A DNA stretch of 64,000 nucleotides, from contig CAVOYH010000004.1 of the NCBI GenBank assembly GCA_963700635.1, positions 352,001-416,000 of the forward strand, given 5' to 3'. The stretch's first letter is position 1. Each line of letters begins with the position of its first letter. The translations under genes and the position numbers were made by a program. This DNA comes from an uncultured Bacteroidota bacterium (GTDB lineage: Bacteria; Bacteroidota; Ignavibacteria; UBA10030; UBA6906). Shown here piece after piece: positions 38,311-48,226 of this stretch. The notes below the pieces were generated by a model. It saw only the letters and a program-made list of their open reading frames with translations, had not been told where the DNA came from and searched no databases.

Positions 38311-39227
38311 CAGGCCGGAGTGGCCCAAGCACCCGGCCGGTACCGGATCAATGGACCGTGCTGTCATTGATCCAATGGTCAACCGGGCATCTTGAAGACA
38401 TGGGATTTGATGAAACCCGGCTCCACGCTGAACTTCTGCTCGCCCACGTGCTCGGGCTTAAGCGACTGCAGTTGTACCTTCAGTTTGACCGTCCGCTGAC
38501 GCCGGACGAATTGGCTTCCTTCAAGCGAGTATTCAAGCGGCGCCTGGATCATGAGCCCCTGCAGTACATCCTTGGTGAAACGGAGTTTATGGGAATAACC
38601 CTTGCTGTTGCGCCGGGCGCTCTCATTCCCAGACCGGAGACCGAGCTGCTTGTTGAAAAGGTGGTCGCTCATGTTCGCTCTCTGGACCGCGAATCAGTAC
38701 GCGTTCTGGATGTTGGCACCGGATCAGGCAATATCGCTATCGCCGTGGCACGCCTCGCTCCTTCTGCAAGGGTCACGGCCGTTGATCACAGTCCGGAGGC
38801 GCTGACGATCGCCCGCCTCAACGTCGAACGGCATCACGAAAAGCATGTATCAGTCAGGCAAGGAGATGTGCGCCAGGGTGTGTGGGACGCGGACTCGTAT
38901 GATGTGGTGGTGTCAAATCCCCCGTATATCGCCATCGATGAGTACCTGAAACTACAACCCGAAGTCCGTGATCATGAGCCCCGTATCGCCCTGACCGATG
39001 AAGGTGATGGCCTTTCGTTCTATCGTACACTTTTTGCTCTGGCAGCAAAGGTGCTGGGATCCGGAGGGAGACTCTTCTGTGAGATCGGGTATGGCCAGGC
39101 TGATGCTATCGGGCTCCTGGCCAGCTCAGCCGGCATCCAGGTTCTGGATATATTTCCCGATCTGGCCGGAATTCCCCGTGTGCTTCACGGTCGCGTAGCT
39201 GTCATGCCTGTCAACGGAAGAGGATAA
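38307..39227 (+). CDS. prmC: Release factor glutamine methyltransferase
   Basis: EPLQYILG, LIPRPETE, LDVGTGSG, SNPPY and EIGYGQ motifs. Confidence 0.95.
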   Translation: MTGRSGPSTRPVPDQWTVLSLIQWSTGHLEDMGFDETRLHAELLLAHVLGLKRLQLYLQFDRPLTPDELASFKRVFKRRLDHEPLQYILGETEFMGITLAVAPGALIPRPETELLVEKVVAHVRSLDRESVRVLDVGTGSGNIAIAVARLAPSARVTAVDHSPEALTIARLNVERHHEKHVSVRQGDVRQGVWDADSYDVVVSNPPYIAIDEYLKLQPEVRDHEPRIALTDEGDGLSFYRTLFALAAKVLGSGGRLFCEIGYGQADAIGLLASSAGIQVLDIFPDLAGIPRVLHGRVAVMPVNGRG

Positions 39228-39231
39228 TGGT

Positions 39232-39705
39232 ATGCGGGTTGTTCTCCAGCGGGTGAGCGAGGCCGGGGTACAGATTGACGGGAAGGACCATGCAAAAATC
39301 TCCATCGGATATCTGATTCTGCTGGGGATACGTCAGGGTGATACGCAGGAAGACGCGCGATTTCTCGCGGACAAATGTGCGGCGCTGCGGGTATTCGAGG
39401 ACAACCAGGGGAAGATGAACCTGGGGTTGCAGGATGTGGGAGGGAGTGTACTTGTGGTCTCTCAATTTACGTTGTATGCGGACGCCCAGAAGGGAAATCG
39501 CCCCGGATTCTCGCTTGCCGCAAGGCCTGACGAGGCAAGGCCGCTCTACGAGTTCTTCGTCCAGCGCCTGCGGACGACCCTGGGAGAGGACCGTGTGCTG
39601 ACCGGTGTGTTCGGGGCAATGATGCAGGTTCACCTCGTAAATGACGGGCCGGTGACAGTAATAGTAGAGAGTCCGGTTCGCACGGCAGAAAGGTCCGGAC
39701 CGTGA
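39232..39705 (+). CDS. dtd: D-aminoacyl-tRNA deacylase
   Basis: MRVVLQRV, SQFTL, GNRP, FGAMM and NDGPVT motifs. Confidence 0.96.
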   Translation: MRVVLQRVSEAGVQIDGKDHAKISIGYLILLGIRQGDTQEDARFLADKCAALRVFEDNQGKMNLGLQDVGGSVLVVSQFTLYADAQKGNRPGFSLAARPDEARPLYEFFVQRLRTTLGEDRVLTGVFGAMMQVHLVNDGPVTVIVESPVRTAERSGP

Positions 39706-40658
39706 CCCGCGTGCTCATGATTTTTCTCGATGGTGTCGGGATAGGCCTGAAGGATCCAGGGATAAATCCCGTCGTCGCGGCACGATTGCCCTTCTTGCGG
39801 GAACTCCTTGGGGGTGAAGTCCCGACGCTCGGGAAACGGCGATGGAATGCGCCACGCGCAACGGTTCTTCCTCTGGACGCAACACTCGGAGTTCCTGGCC
39901 TGCCGCAGAGCGGCACCGGGCAGACTGCTCTTTTTACCGGAGTGAATGCGGCCAAGTTGATCGGCAAACACTTCGGGCCGTTCCCGTACTCAACTCTCCG
40001 GCCGGTGATTGAAGCACACAGCATCTTCAAACGCCTCCAGCTGGCAGGACGTGCAAGCTGTTTTGCTAACGCATTTCCACAGAAGTATTTCGACTACATT
40101 GAGAATCGGAAGACCAGAACCACCGTCACGACGTTTTCGTGCCTCACAGCCGGGATCCCGATACGACGCGCTGCTGACCTTGTCCAGGGGAAGGGGGTTT
40201 CCGCAGATATTACAGGAGAAGGGTGGGCTGCACTGGGTCATCCCACCGTCCCGGTCATCACACCGCAGGAAGCGGGACGGCGTCTTGTTGCACTGACAGG
40301 AGAGTATGAGTTTGTTCTTTTTGAATACTGGAAAACCGATCAGGCAGGGCACAGCCGGAACATGGCTGGCGCAGTGCACATCCTCGAGATGTTTGATGAT
40401 CTCCTCGGCGGTGTGCTTGAAGCAGCTGATAGTACACAGACGCTGATCGTTCTCACGAGTGACCACGGCAATATTGAAGACATTTCGACAAAGACCCATA
40501 CCCGTTATCCCGTCCCCCTGATTCTCGCCGGCACACGTCATGCCGATGTAGCCGAACGAGTTCTGCACTTCGGGGGCCGCTCGCCCGATCTCACACATGT
40601 CCTCCCGACACTTATGGAGGTTCTGGGTGCAGAGCGCGGGCAACCGCAATCACCATAG
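39702..40658 (+). CDS. Alkaline-phosphatase-superfamily metalloenzyme (phosphoglycerate mutase/phosphopentomutase-like)
   Basis: FLDGVGIG, PQSGTGQT, TDQAGH, TSDHGN and HT metal-binding motifs. Confidence 0.8.
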   Translation: MTRVLMIFLDGVGIGLKDPGINPVVAARLPFLRELLGGEVPTLGKRRWNAPRATVLPLDATLGVPGLPQSGTGQTALFTGVNAAKLIGKHFGPFPYSTLRPVIEAHSIFKRLQLAGRASCFANAFPQKYFDYIENRKTRTTVTTFSCLTAGIPIRRAADLVQGKGVSADITGEGWAALGHPTVPVITPQEAGRRLVALTGEYEFVLFEYWKTDQAGHSRNMAGAVHILEMFDDLLGGVLEAADSTQTLIVLTSDHGNIEDISTKTHTRYPVPLILAGTRHADVAERVLHFGGRSPDLTHVLPTLMEVLGAERGQPQSP

Positions 40659-42987
40659 CTGGCCGGCCCTCTTCGCTGCTCTTCTCCTCACCGTCGGCAT
40701 TGTTCCAGGTTACCGATATGGCCTCCCGTTCGTATCATCGGAACTTGCCGCGGGGGGAATTCTCCTCCTTTCCGTCGCCGTCTGCGCCTCCACAATCCGC
40801 ACCCCGCATGGGGTCTCTCCTCTGCTGTCCCTCATCGGTGCGGGGATCGTTGTCTCGACGGGAGCAGTGATGGGTGCTGCTGCGCGGTCGGCAGAGCCAC
40901 TGCTGCCTGTAACAATAACCGGCGAACCTGTGACGGTCATCGGAGAGGTCCTGGAGCCTCCATCGTGGTCCGGGAACTCCCTCAGGTTTCGTCTCGCCGT
41001 CCATACGATTCTCTCGGACACGATTGTCACGCACGTCCCGGTCACCGCGCTGGTTGCCGTTCGTAGCGGGGAGGGTGCAGAATCCACCATCGTGCCCGAC
41101 TACGGAATGACGGTGGTGCTTCACGGATTGCTCGAACTACCCCGTTCCGCTCCTAATCCCGGGGAGTTTGACGCCCGGGCATACTACCGCGCCAACGACA
41201 TTGCCATACTCCTGCGTGTCCGGGGAAACCACCATGTTTGTATCCTCGACAGTGGTGGTGGCTGGTGGGCTATGCGCACCATCGTGGCCCCTGCCAGGCG
41301 AACGCTTCTCGATCATATCGACCGCAGCATCGGCGGTGAGGAGGGCGAGTTTCTGAAGGGGCTGATGATCGGGGAGCGGGGCGGGCTCAGCCCGCAGTTA
41401 CGTGCTGCCTTTCTTACCTCGGGCGTGGCGCATATCCTTGCGGTTTCGGGTTCCAATGTGGCCGTCGTGGCAGCCGCCTTGTTCGCCATACTCCTGCTCC
41501 TACGAATTCCGCGGCGCCTGCATGCATATCCGGTGGCCTGCGCGATGCTTCTGTATATGCTCCTGACCGGGAGCCAGCCTTCCGTGGTTCGAGCCACGAT
41601 TATGGCTCTTGTCGGTCTGCTCGTTTCCCGCAGGGGAATCCGGGGTAATGGCTTAAATGCCATTGGAATTGCTGCACTGATCATGTTCTTTCTGGACGTC
41701 CGGCAGGTATTCGATATGGGCTTCCAGCTTTCCTTTGGTGCAGTGCTGTCGATCATTCTTCTCTACCCGAAAGTCAACCGGCGCATCATCGCTTGGAAGG
41801 GAAATACGCGGTTCCGCCGGATCACCAGGGGAGGGCTCCGGCTTGCCGCAGTGTCGCTTGTGGCATCGGTCGGGACCTTCCCCTTGAGCGCCGGGGCCTT
41901 CGGGCAGGTCTCGGTCATCGGGCTTCTCGCCAACATTGTCGTTGTTCCTGTAAGTGGATGGTCCGTTGTGCTCGGGCTGCTGTCCGCTGCCGCTGAACCT
42001 CTCAGCGCAACTGCTGCAGCATCGCTCAGCGCACTGAACGCCTCAGTGCTCGCGTTCACGTTGCGTGTTGTCAGCATAAGCGCCGGCATTCCCTGGGCCT
42101 CATTTACAACGTTCTGGTTTGAACCGGTGTACACATTTCCATTTCTCGGCGTTCTTGGCATTGCGTATCACGCCGGAGATCCTTCCACCCGGCGCCTCTG
42201 GTGTATCGTTGCGCTTGCGGGCACCAACCTCGCGGTGTATCTTCCCGGGCGATATCAGCGGGAGCCGGGAACGTTCTTCGTCACGGCTATTGACGTCGGC
42301 CAGGGTGATGCAATCCTGCTGGAACATCCTGATGGAGGCGCGGCTCTTATCGATACAGGTCCGGTTCCGTTTGACGAGCGCAGAGGACTCGTTCCATTCT
42401 TGAGGCGGCGGGGCATTTCAGCTCTTGACGTCGTGGTTATCACACATCCCCATGACGACCATAACGGTGGCCTGAGTTCTCTGTGCAAGGTGATTGCGGT
42501 CGGGCGATTGATCACCCATTCGACAGCACGTGCCGGGACGCTCATCTCCTGGAAAGACGATTGCCGCCTGCAAATTCTGCATGCAGCGCCACCCGATGCC
42601 GGTCTTCCGGCTCCAGAGCAGAATCCGAATCGTCTCTCCGTGGTCGTGCGCCTGGTGTATGGCAGAACCGCCTTTTTGTTCGCGGCAGATGCTGAAGTAC
42701 CGGAGGAAGTACGGATGATACACGGATACGGAGTCGGGCTTGAATCTACTGCGCTGAAAGTCGGGCATCATGGCAGTGCCTCTGCGACCACAGATGCCTG
42801 GCTGGATGCTGTGCAGCCGGTCTATGCCATCATCACTGTCGGACAGAGGAACCGCTTTGGGCATCCATCGGCGGCAGTGCTTCGCCGGCTGCTGAAACGC
42901 GGAATCCACATCGCGCGAACAGACGAGGATGGTGCAGTGATGCTGGGCAGCGACGGTACAACCGTCCGCCGGTATCTCTGGCGTTAG
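40597..42987 (+). CDS. comEC: ComEC/Rec2 DNA uptake channel (DUF4131 + competence + metallo-beta-lactamase domains)
   Basis: NPGEFD, GVAHILAVSG, SVVRA, GFQLSF, DVGQGD, THPHDDHNGG, KVGHHGS, NRFGHP and RTDEDG motifs. Start uncertain. Confidence 0.92.
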   Translation: MSSRHLWRFWVQSAGNRNHHSWPALFAALLLTVGIVPGYRYGLPFVSSELAAGGILLLSVAVCASTIRTPHGVSPLLSLIGAGIVVSTGAVMGAAARSAEPLLPVTITGEPVTVIGEVLEPPSWSGNSLRFRLAVHTILSDTIVTHVPVTALVAVRSGEGAESTIVPDYGMTVVLHGLLELPRSAPNPGEFDARAYYRANDIAILLRVRGNHHVCILDSGGGWWAMRTIVAPARRTLLDHIDRSIGGEEGEFLKGLMIGERGGLSPQLRAAFLTSGVAHILAVSGSNVAVVAAALFAILLLLRIPRRLHAYPVACAMLLYMLLTGSQPSVVRATIMALVGLLVSRRGIRGNGLNAIGIAALIMFFLDVRQVFDMGFQLSFGAVLSIILLYPKVNRRIIAWKGNTRFRRITRGGLRLAAVSLVASVGTFPLSAGAFGQVSVIGLLANIVVVPVSGWSVVLGLLSAAAEPLSATAAASLSALNASVLAFTLRVVSISAGIPWASFTTFWFEPVYTFPFLGVLGIAYHAGDPSTRRLWCIVALAGTNLAVYLPGRYQREPGTFFVTAIDVGQGDAILLEHPDGGAALIDTGPVPFDERRGLVPFLRRRGISALDVVVITHPHDDHNGGLSSLCKVIAVGRLITHSTARAGTLISWKDDCRLQILHAAPPDAGLPAPEQNPNRLSVVVRLVYGRTAFLFAADAEVPEEVRMIHGYGVGLESTALKVGHHGSASATTDAWLDAVQPVYAIITVGQRNRFGHPSAAVLRRLLKRGIHIARTDEDGAVMLGSDGTTVRRYLWR

Positions 42988-42995
42988 CCGTTGGT

Positions 42996-43024
42996 TTGCA
43001 TTTCCTGGACGGGATGAGTATACT
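42996..43024 (+). promoter_or_regulatory. sigma70-type promoter
   Basis: TTGCAT-N17-TATACT. Confidence 0.6.
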
Positions 43025-43055
43025 GTGACATCTGCGACCAAGGGTAACTCTGACC

Positions 43056-43850
43056 ATGACTGTAAGCAGGACACACCTCAAGCATCTTCGCGATCTCAAC
43101 CGGAAGAAAGGGCGGGACGAGACAGACACGTTCATTGTTGACGGCGTGCGGCTGGTGCGGGAAGCCCTCCATTCGTCATACACCCTCCTTGAATGCTACC
43201 ATACTGCCGAGGCCGCAGCGGATCCCGCGACTGCATCACTCATCACCCTGGCGGAGCGTCGGTCGTGTCCCGTCCACCGGATTTCAGCCCGTGACATGGA
43301 GAGTGTATCTGACACAGTAACAGCCCAGGGTCTCCTCGCGGTGGTCCGCCAGCAACACCCCGTACTCGAGGAAGTTCTCGGGCAGACCGCAGGTGAATCC
43401 GTGGTTGTTGCGCTGGACGGTGTTGGCGATCCGGGAAATCTTGGGTCCATCATCCGGACGTCCGACTGGTTTGGCGTGCACTCCGTCCTTGTCGGGAGGC
43501 AGAGTGTTGATCTCTACACGCCCAAGGTGGTACGCAGCACGATGGGAAGCTTGTTCCATCTTCCGGTTGTTTCGGATGTGGACCTGCTTGCCGCGCTCTC
43601 TCATGCCAGGGAATTGGGGTATACGATTTATGGGGCCGATGCCGACGGGGAGGCGCATTTTGACCGGGTCCGCTTCGCTCAACGATCGATTCTCGTGTTG
43701 GGCAACGAGGCGTGGGGTTTGTCAGATCCGGTGCGCACGATCACGGATGTGAGGGTGGCGATCCGGCGCTATGGCAGCGCCGAATCTTTGAACGTGGGCG
43801 TCGCGTGTGGAATTCTTCTTTCCGGTGTGCACCGTTTGCTGGACCAATAA
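43056..43850 (+). CDS. TrmH/SpoU family RNA methyltransferase
   Basis: DPGNLGSIIRT, RSTMGS, GNEAWG and ESLNV motifs. Confidence 0.9.
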   Translation: MTVSRTHLKHLRDLNRKKGRDETDTFIVDGVRLVREALHSSYTLLECYHTAEAAADPATASLITLAERRSCPVHRISARDMESVSDTVTAQGLLAVVRQQHPVLEEVLGQTAGESVVVALDGVGDPGNLGSIIRTSDWFGVHSVLVGRQSVDLYTPKVVRSTMGSLFHLPVVSDVDLLAALSHARELGYTIYGADADGEAHFDRVRFAQRSILVLGNEAWGLSDPVRTITDVRVAIRRYGSAESLNVGVACGILLSGVHRLLDQ

Positions 43851-43861
43851 CCTCTGATTGG

Positions 43862-44758
43862 ATGATGACCCTTCTTCCTCCCGGTTTTCGTATCGGTCAC
43901 TGGAGTGACCCCGCCGCCCGCACGGGCTGTTCCGTTATTCTCTGTCCGCCTTCTACAGTTGGTGGATGTGATGTACGCGGAAATTCTCCGGGAAGTCGGG
44001 AGTTGGCACTCCTGGCAAGCGAAAAAAGTATGCAGGAGGTTCATGCGGTTCTGCTCACGGGCGGCAGCGCCTTCGGGTTGGCGGCGGCTGATGGAGTGAT
44101 GCAATTTCTGGAAGAACACCAGATCGGATATGCCACGCCCTGGGCGCGGGTCCCCATCGTTCCCGCAGCGGTCATCTTCGATCTGAACGTGGGATCTGCG
44201 AGCATACGGCCAACGCCAGCCGCGGGATATGCGGCCTGCGTGGCCGCGGTGGGAAGTGTTGAGGGGGGTTGCAGGGGTGCCGGAACCGGGGCCACAATCG
44301 GAAAATGGAGAGGCCTTGACCGATCCATGCCCGGCGGATTGGGTGTGGCAGGCGAACGGTTCGGAGAAGTTGTTATGGTGGCCGTGGCCGTAGTGAATGC
44401 AGTCGGTGACGTACTCGCCGAGGACGGGACCATTCTTGCGGGAGCGACCGGAACACATGGTGGATGGGCGGCAAAGGAAGCCCGGTTCGGCCTGGATCAG
44501 CCACCTCCGCTCACGAATACGACTCTGGTAGCCCTGCTTACCAATGCGAGGCTCACGAAGGTGGAAGCAAACCGCGCGGCCTCGCGCGGACATGATGGCA
44601 TGGCACGGGCTGTCAAACCGGTCCACACTTCACACGACGGCGACATCGTCTTCGTGCTCGCATCTGGGGCTGTCCAGACCGGCTTCGAGCCGGTAGCAGA
44701 GATGGGTGCCGAAATGACGGCGGCGGCCATCCGTGATGCAGTCCGTTCCCGGGCATAG
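43862..44758 (+). CDS. DmpA/P1 (S58) family aminopeptidase
   Basis: TGCSVIL, PGSRE, LTGGSAFGL, GAGTGA, VNAVGD, NTTL and HTSHDGD motifs. Confidence 0.85.
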   Translation: MMTLLPPGFRIGHWSDPAARTGCSVILCPPSTVGGCDVRGNSPGSRELALLASEKSMQEVHAVLLTGGSAFGLAAADGVMQFLEEHQIGYATPWARVPIVPAAVIFDLNVGSASIRPTPAAGYAACVAAVGSVEGGCRGAGTGATIGKWRGLDRSMPGGLGVAGERFGEVVMVAVAVVNAVGDVLAEDGTILAGATGTHGGWAAKEARFGLDQPPPLTNTTLVALLTNARLTKVEANRAASRGHDGMARAVKPVHTSHDGDIVFVLASGAVQTGFEPVAEMGAEMTAAAIRDAVRSRA

Positions 44759-44925
44759 GCGCCTTCTCTCGGCGCCGCAGCTCTCACGCCGGAAGACCCG
44801 CCATTGATTTCCGGCTTCCAACTCCGACAAATCACACCGTATTTTTTTGGTGCGGGTATGTACCGGTCTCACGCGCGTGCCAGGAATGAAGTGCTGGACC
44901 GCTTGTCAACGAGGGCAGGACCATC

Positions 44926-45396
44926 ATGATACCAATGGTCAGCAGAATCATAGAGGTCTGTGTGTTCAGGTTCCGGGCCGATCATATTGAATACCTTGTT
45001 CTCCGACGCGCGCCACAGGAACAGGTCCATCCGGGAATGTGGCAGATTGTCACCGGCAGGGTGGAAGAGGGAGAAAAGGCCCTGAATACGGCCTTGCGGG
45101 AACTACAAGAGGAAACGGGGCTGGTGCCGGAACACTGCTGGTCTCTGCCAATGCTCACCTTTTTTTTTGATGTACGCAGCAATGCCATCAACATGTGCCC
45201 TGTTTTTGCCGTGCAAGTGAAGGATGGGACGAATCCTGTCCTGTCCGGTGAACACATAACGTATGCCTGGCTTCCACATGAGTCCGCGCGGACACGCCTG
45301 GTCTGGCCGAGCCATCGCAAAGCTGTTGATCTGGTGGACCGGTACATCGTCAAGGGGGAGGAGGCGGCATACAGGTTAGAACTGGACGTTTCTTGA
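44926..45396 (+). CDS. NUDIX hydrolase (NudB-like)
   Basis: WQIVTGRVEEGEKALNTALRELQEETG Nudix box and LSGEH. Confidence 0.88.
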   Translation: MIPMVSRIIEVCVFRFRADHIEYLVLRRAPQEQVHPGMWQIVTGRVEEGEKALNTALRELQEETGLVPEHCWSLPMLTFFFDVRSNAINMCPVFAVQVKDGTNPVLSGEHITYAWLPHESARTRLVWPSHRKAVDLVDRYIVKGEEAAYRLELDVS

Positions 45397-45421
45397 AACT
45401 CTAGGGGGCTTTCCGTACCTT
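45393..45421 (+). promoter_or_regulatory. sigma70-type promoter for pfkB-mtnA-recO
   Basis: TTGAAA-N17-TACCTT. Confidence 0.5.
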
Positions 45422-45470
45422 ATACTGCAATTGTTCCGATTTTCGGTTTCATCAATGCACTGGAGACCCC

Positions 45471-46385
45471 GTGAGCGTGCTCGTTGTCGGTTCCGTAGCC
45501 CTTGATACGATTGAAACACCGTTCGGTTCAGTGCATGATGCGGTCGGTGGATCTGCAACCTATATCTCCGCCGCGGCAAGCTACTTCGTCAGCCCCATCC
45601 GGCTTGTTGGTGTGGTCGGAGGGGATTTCCCCCGCGAAGGGCTGGCATTTCTTGAGGAACGTAAGGTTGATCTGGAAGGACTCGAGGTTATCGCAAACGG
45701 CAAGACATTCCGCTGGTCGGGCCGATATCATTATGATTTGAATATGCGGGACACACTCTCCACCGACCTGAACGTGTTTGAACGATTTGATCCGAAGATC
45801 CCGGAGCGGCACCGGAAAATCCGTACGGTGTGCCTGGGCAACATTGATCCGGTTCTCCAGCGTAAGGTGCTCCAACAAATGGAGAATCCCCGCATTGTCG
45901 TGTGCGACACGATGAACTACTGGATCGAGGGCAAGCGGGAAGAACTCCTGAAGACGCTCACGATGATCAATGTGTTGATTCTGAATGACTCTGAAGCACG
46001 GCTATTATCAAAAGAACCGAATCTGATCAAGGCGTCGAAGGTGATCCGCAGTATGGGCCCCGGCGTTATCATCATCAAAAAGGGAGAGCACGGTGCGCTG
46101 CTGCTCACCGATTCCGTGGTCTTCTCTGCGCCGGCCTACCCCATGGAAAATATTTTTGATCCGACAGGTGCAGGGGATTCATTTGCCGGAGGTTTTATCG
46201 GATGGCTGGCCCGGACAGAAGACATGTCGGAAGAGAATCTAAAACGCGCAGTGATCTACGGCAGTACGCTCGCTTCATTTTGTGTTGAGAAGTTCGGTGT
46301 TGAGGGATTGTCAGACCTGACGTATCTTCGCATCCAGGACCGGTTCCGTGAGTTCAGAGAGCTTTCCCGATTTGATGAGGACTGA
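45471..46385 (+). CDS. PfkB/ribokinase family sugar or nucleoside kinase
   Basis: GGSATY, ILNDSEA, KKGEHG and DPTGAGDSFAGG motifs. Confidence 0.9.
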   Translation: MSVLVVGSVALDTIETPFGSVHDAVGGSATYISAAASYFVSPIRLVGVVGGDFPREGLAFLEERKVDLEGLEVIANGKTFRWSGRYHYDLNMRDTLSTDLNVFERFDPKIPERHRKIRTVCLGNIDPVLQRKVLQQMENPRIVVCDTMNYWIEGKREELLKTLTMINVLILNDSEARLLSKEPNLIKASKVIRSMGPGVIIIKKGEHGALLLTDSVVFSAPAYPMENIFDPTGAGDSFAGGFIGWLARTEDMSEENLKRAVIYGSTLASFCVEKFGVEGLSDLTYLRIQDRFREFRELSRFDED

Positions 46386-46393
46386 TTGACACC

Positions 46394-47431
46394 ATGAAGG
46401 CTGTTGACTGGACCGATGGCCAAATACGGTTTCTCGACCAGACGCTCCTCCCGCACGAGGAGCGTTTTGTCGATACTCACGACGTCCGCGTGGTGGAAGA
46501 GGCCATCCGAAAACTCAGAATCCGGGGCGCGCCTGCCATCGGGGTGGCGGCGGCATTCGCCGTGGTACTTGCCGCGAGGGGGGGTGAAGGGAGTGATGGA
46601 CGCACACTCCGCGAGCGCGTCGAAAATGCTGTGGCCGTCTTGAGAATGACCCGCCCTACAGCGGTGAATCTGTTCAACGCCCTCCACCGCATGCAGCGGG
46701 TAGTGGACATGCACCCCCGGGAGGGTGACGATGACCTTCTGCCGCTGCTCATGCAGGAGGCAAAGAGAATTCAGGAAGAAGATCAACGGGCCTGTGACAG
46801 AATAGGAGAACTCGGGGCTTCGCTCCTTGGGACAGGGGTTTCACTCCTGACGCACTGTAACGCCGGGGCGCTGGCGACGGCGGGCAGTGGTACTGCCCTG
46901 AGCATCATTACAACGGCAGCCCGGGAGGGAAAAGTTGTGAGGGTATTTGCGGACGAAACCAGACCTCTGCTGCAGGGGGCACGGCTGACTGCCTGGGAGC
47001 TGCAGAAAGCCGGGATACCGGTTGTATTGATAACGGATAGTACCGCGGGATCAGTTCTGCGGGAAGGCAGAGTGCAGGCAGTGATTGTCGGAGCGGATCG
47101 TATCGCGGCCAACGGAGACACCGCGAACAAAGTTGGTACCTATCCCCTCGCAGTCCTCGCTCACCGTCATCATGTTCCGTTCTATGTTGCAGCTCCAACG
47201 TCGACGCTGGATGCACATTCCGCTGATGGGTCGGCCATTCCGATTGAGGAGCGTGATCCGATGGAAGTGACACACTTTGCCGGAGTCCGGGTTGCGCCTG
47301 ACGGAGTCGGCGTGTATGCTCCCGCCTTTGACGTGACGCCGAACCAACTCATTTCCGCCATTGTTACAGAGAACGGAATCCTCCGTCAGCCTTTTGATGC
47401 GTCTATCGCAAGGACATTGCAGACTTTATGA
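46394..47431 (+). CDS. mtnA: S-methyl-5-thioribose-1-phosphate isomerase
   Basis: DQTLLP, RGAPAIG, RPTAVNL, THCNAGALAT, DETRPLLQGARLTAWEL, GADRI, NKVGT and PAFDVTP motifs. Confidence 0.93.
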   Translation: MKAVDWTDGQIRFLDQTLLPHEERFVDTHDVRVVEEAIRKLRIRGAPAIGVAAAFAVVLAARGGEGSDGRTLRERVENAVAVLRMTRPTAVNLFNALHRMQRVVDMHPREGDDDLLPLLMQEAKRIQEEDQRACDRIGELGASLLGTGVSLLTHCNAGALATAGSGTALSIITTAAREGKVVRVFADETRPLLQGARLTAWELQKAGIPVVLITDSTAGSVLREGRVQAVIVGADRIAANGDTANKVGTYPLAVLAHRHHVPFYVAAPTSTLDAHSADGSAIPIEERDPMEVTHFAGVRVAPDGVGVYAPAFDVTPNQLISAIVTENGILRQPFDASIARTLQTL

Positions 47432-48201
47432 TCGTCAAAAGTGACGCCATCGTCCTCAAAACGATGAAATTCCGGGAATCCAGCATTATTGCTACGCTTC
47501 TGACACGGGACTATGGCAAAGTGTCAGTCATCGCAAAAGGTATCAGGAATAGGTCCCGTGGGGGAGCTTCCGCCCTGGAACCGATGAATTATGTGCGGGT
47601 CGTCATCTACCGTAAACCGGGAAGAGATCTTCAACTCATGACGCAGTGTGACCCGGTCCGTGTTTTTAAGGGGCTTTCGGATGATTTAGAACGGATGGCT
47701 GTCGGGATGGCCGCAGTAGAGCTCACCAATCTCGCCATTTCCCCCGACGAAACTCATCCTGAGGTATTTGACCTTGTGGTGGGTACTCTGGAAGCGTTGA
47801 GCAGTGCAACTCGGCACCCTGGAAATGCGTTATACTATTTTGAGGTACAGCTGTTAGGCTTGCTGGGATTTCGACCCGAATTACGCCGTTGCGTTCTCTG
47901 CGAAGGTCCGATCGCGACAATAGCGGGGCGCTCCGGGGGGGTATCGTTTCGATTGAGCGTGCACGGGGTTCTCTGCTCAGCGTGCGAGAATCGTGAACAC
48001 GGCGAGATGAGTATGACACTGCCGGCCCTGCATGCTCTGGCGGCGTTACAGGATACGCTGCTGGCCGAAGCGGCATTTCGGATCATGCTGACGCCGGAGA
48101 TGCGACGTACCATCGAAGAGGTGTTACGCTGGCTTGTCATGCACCACCTCACGGGCATGAAGCCGCTTCGATCAGAACAGGTGTTTTCAAAGTTGACGTG
48201 A
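47428..48201 (+). CDS. recO: DNA repair protein RecO
   Basis: N-terminal OB fold (AIVLK...ESS.I...T...GK...AKG) and the zinc motif GFRPEL..CVLC...LCSAC. Confidence 0.9.
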   Translation: MIVKSDAIVLKTMKFRESSIIATLLTRDYGKVSVIAKGIRNRSRGGASALEPMNYVRVVIYRKPGRDLQLMTQCDPVRVFKGLSDDLERMAVGMAAVELTNLAISPDETHPEVFDLVVGTLEALSSATRHPGNALYYFEVQLLGLLGFRPELRRCVLCEGPIATIAGRSGGVSFRLSVHGVLCSACENREHGEMSMTLPALHALAALQDTLLAEAAFRIMLTPEMRRTIEEVLRWLVMHHLTGMKPLRSEQVFSKLT

Positions 48202-48226
48202 ATTTTCTTGAACGGAGGAAAGTGAA

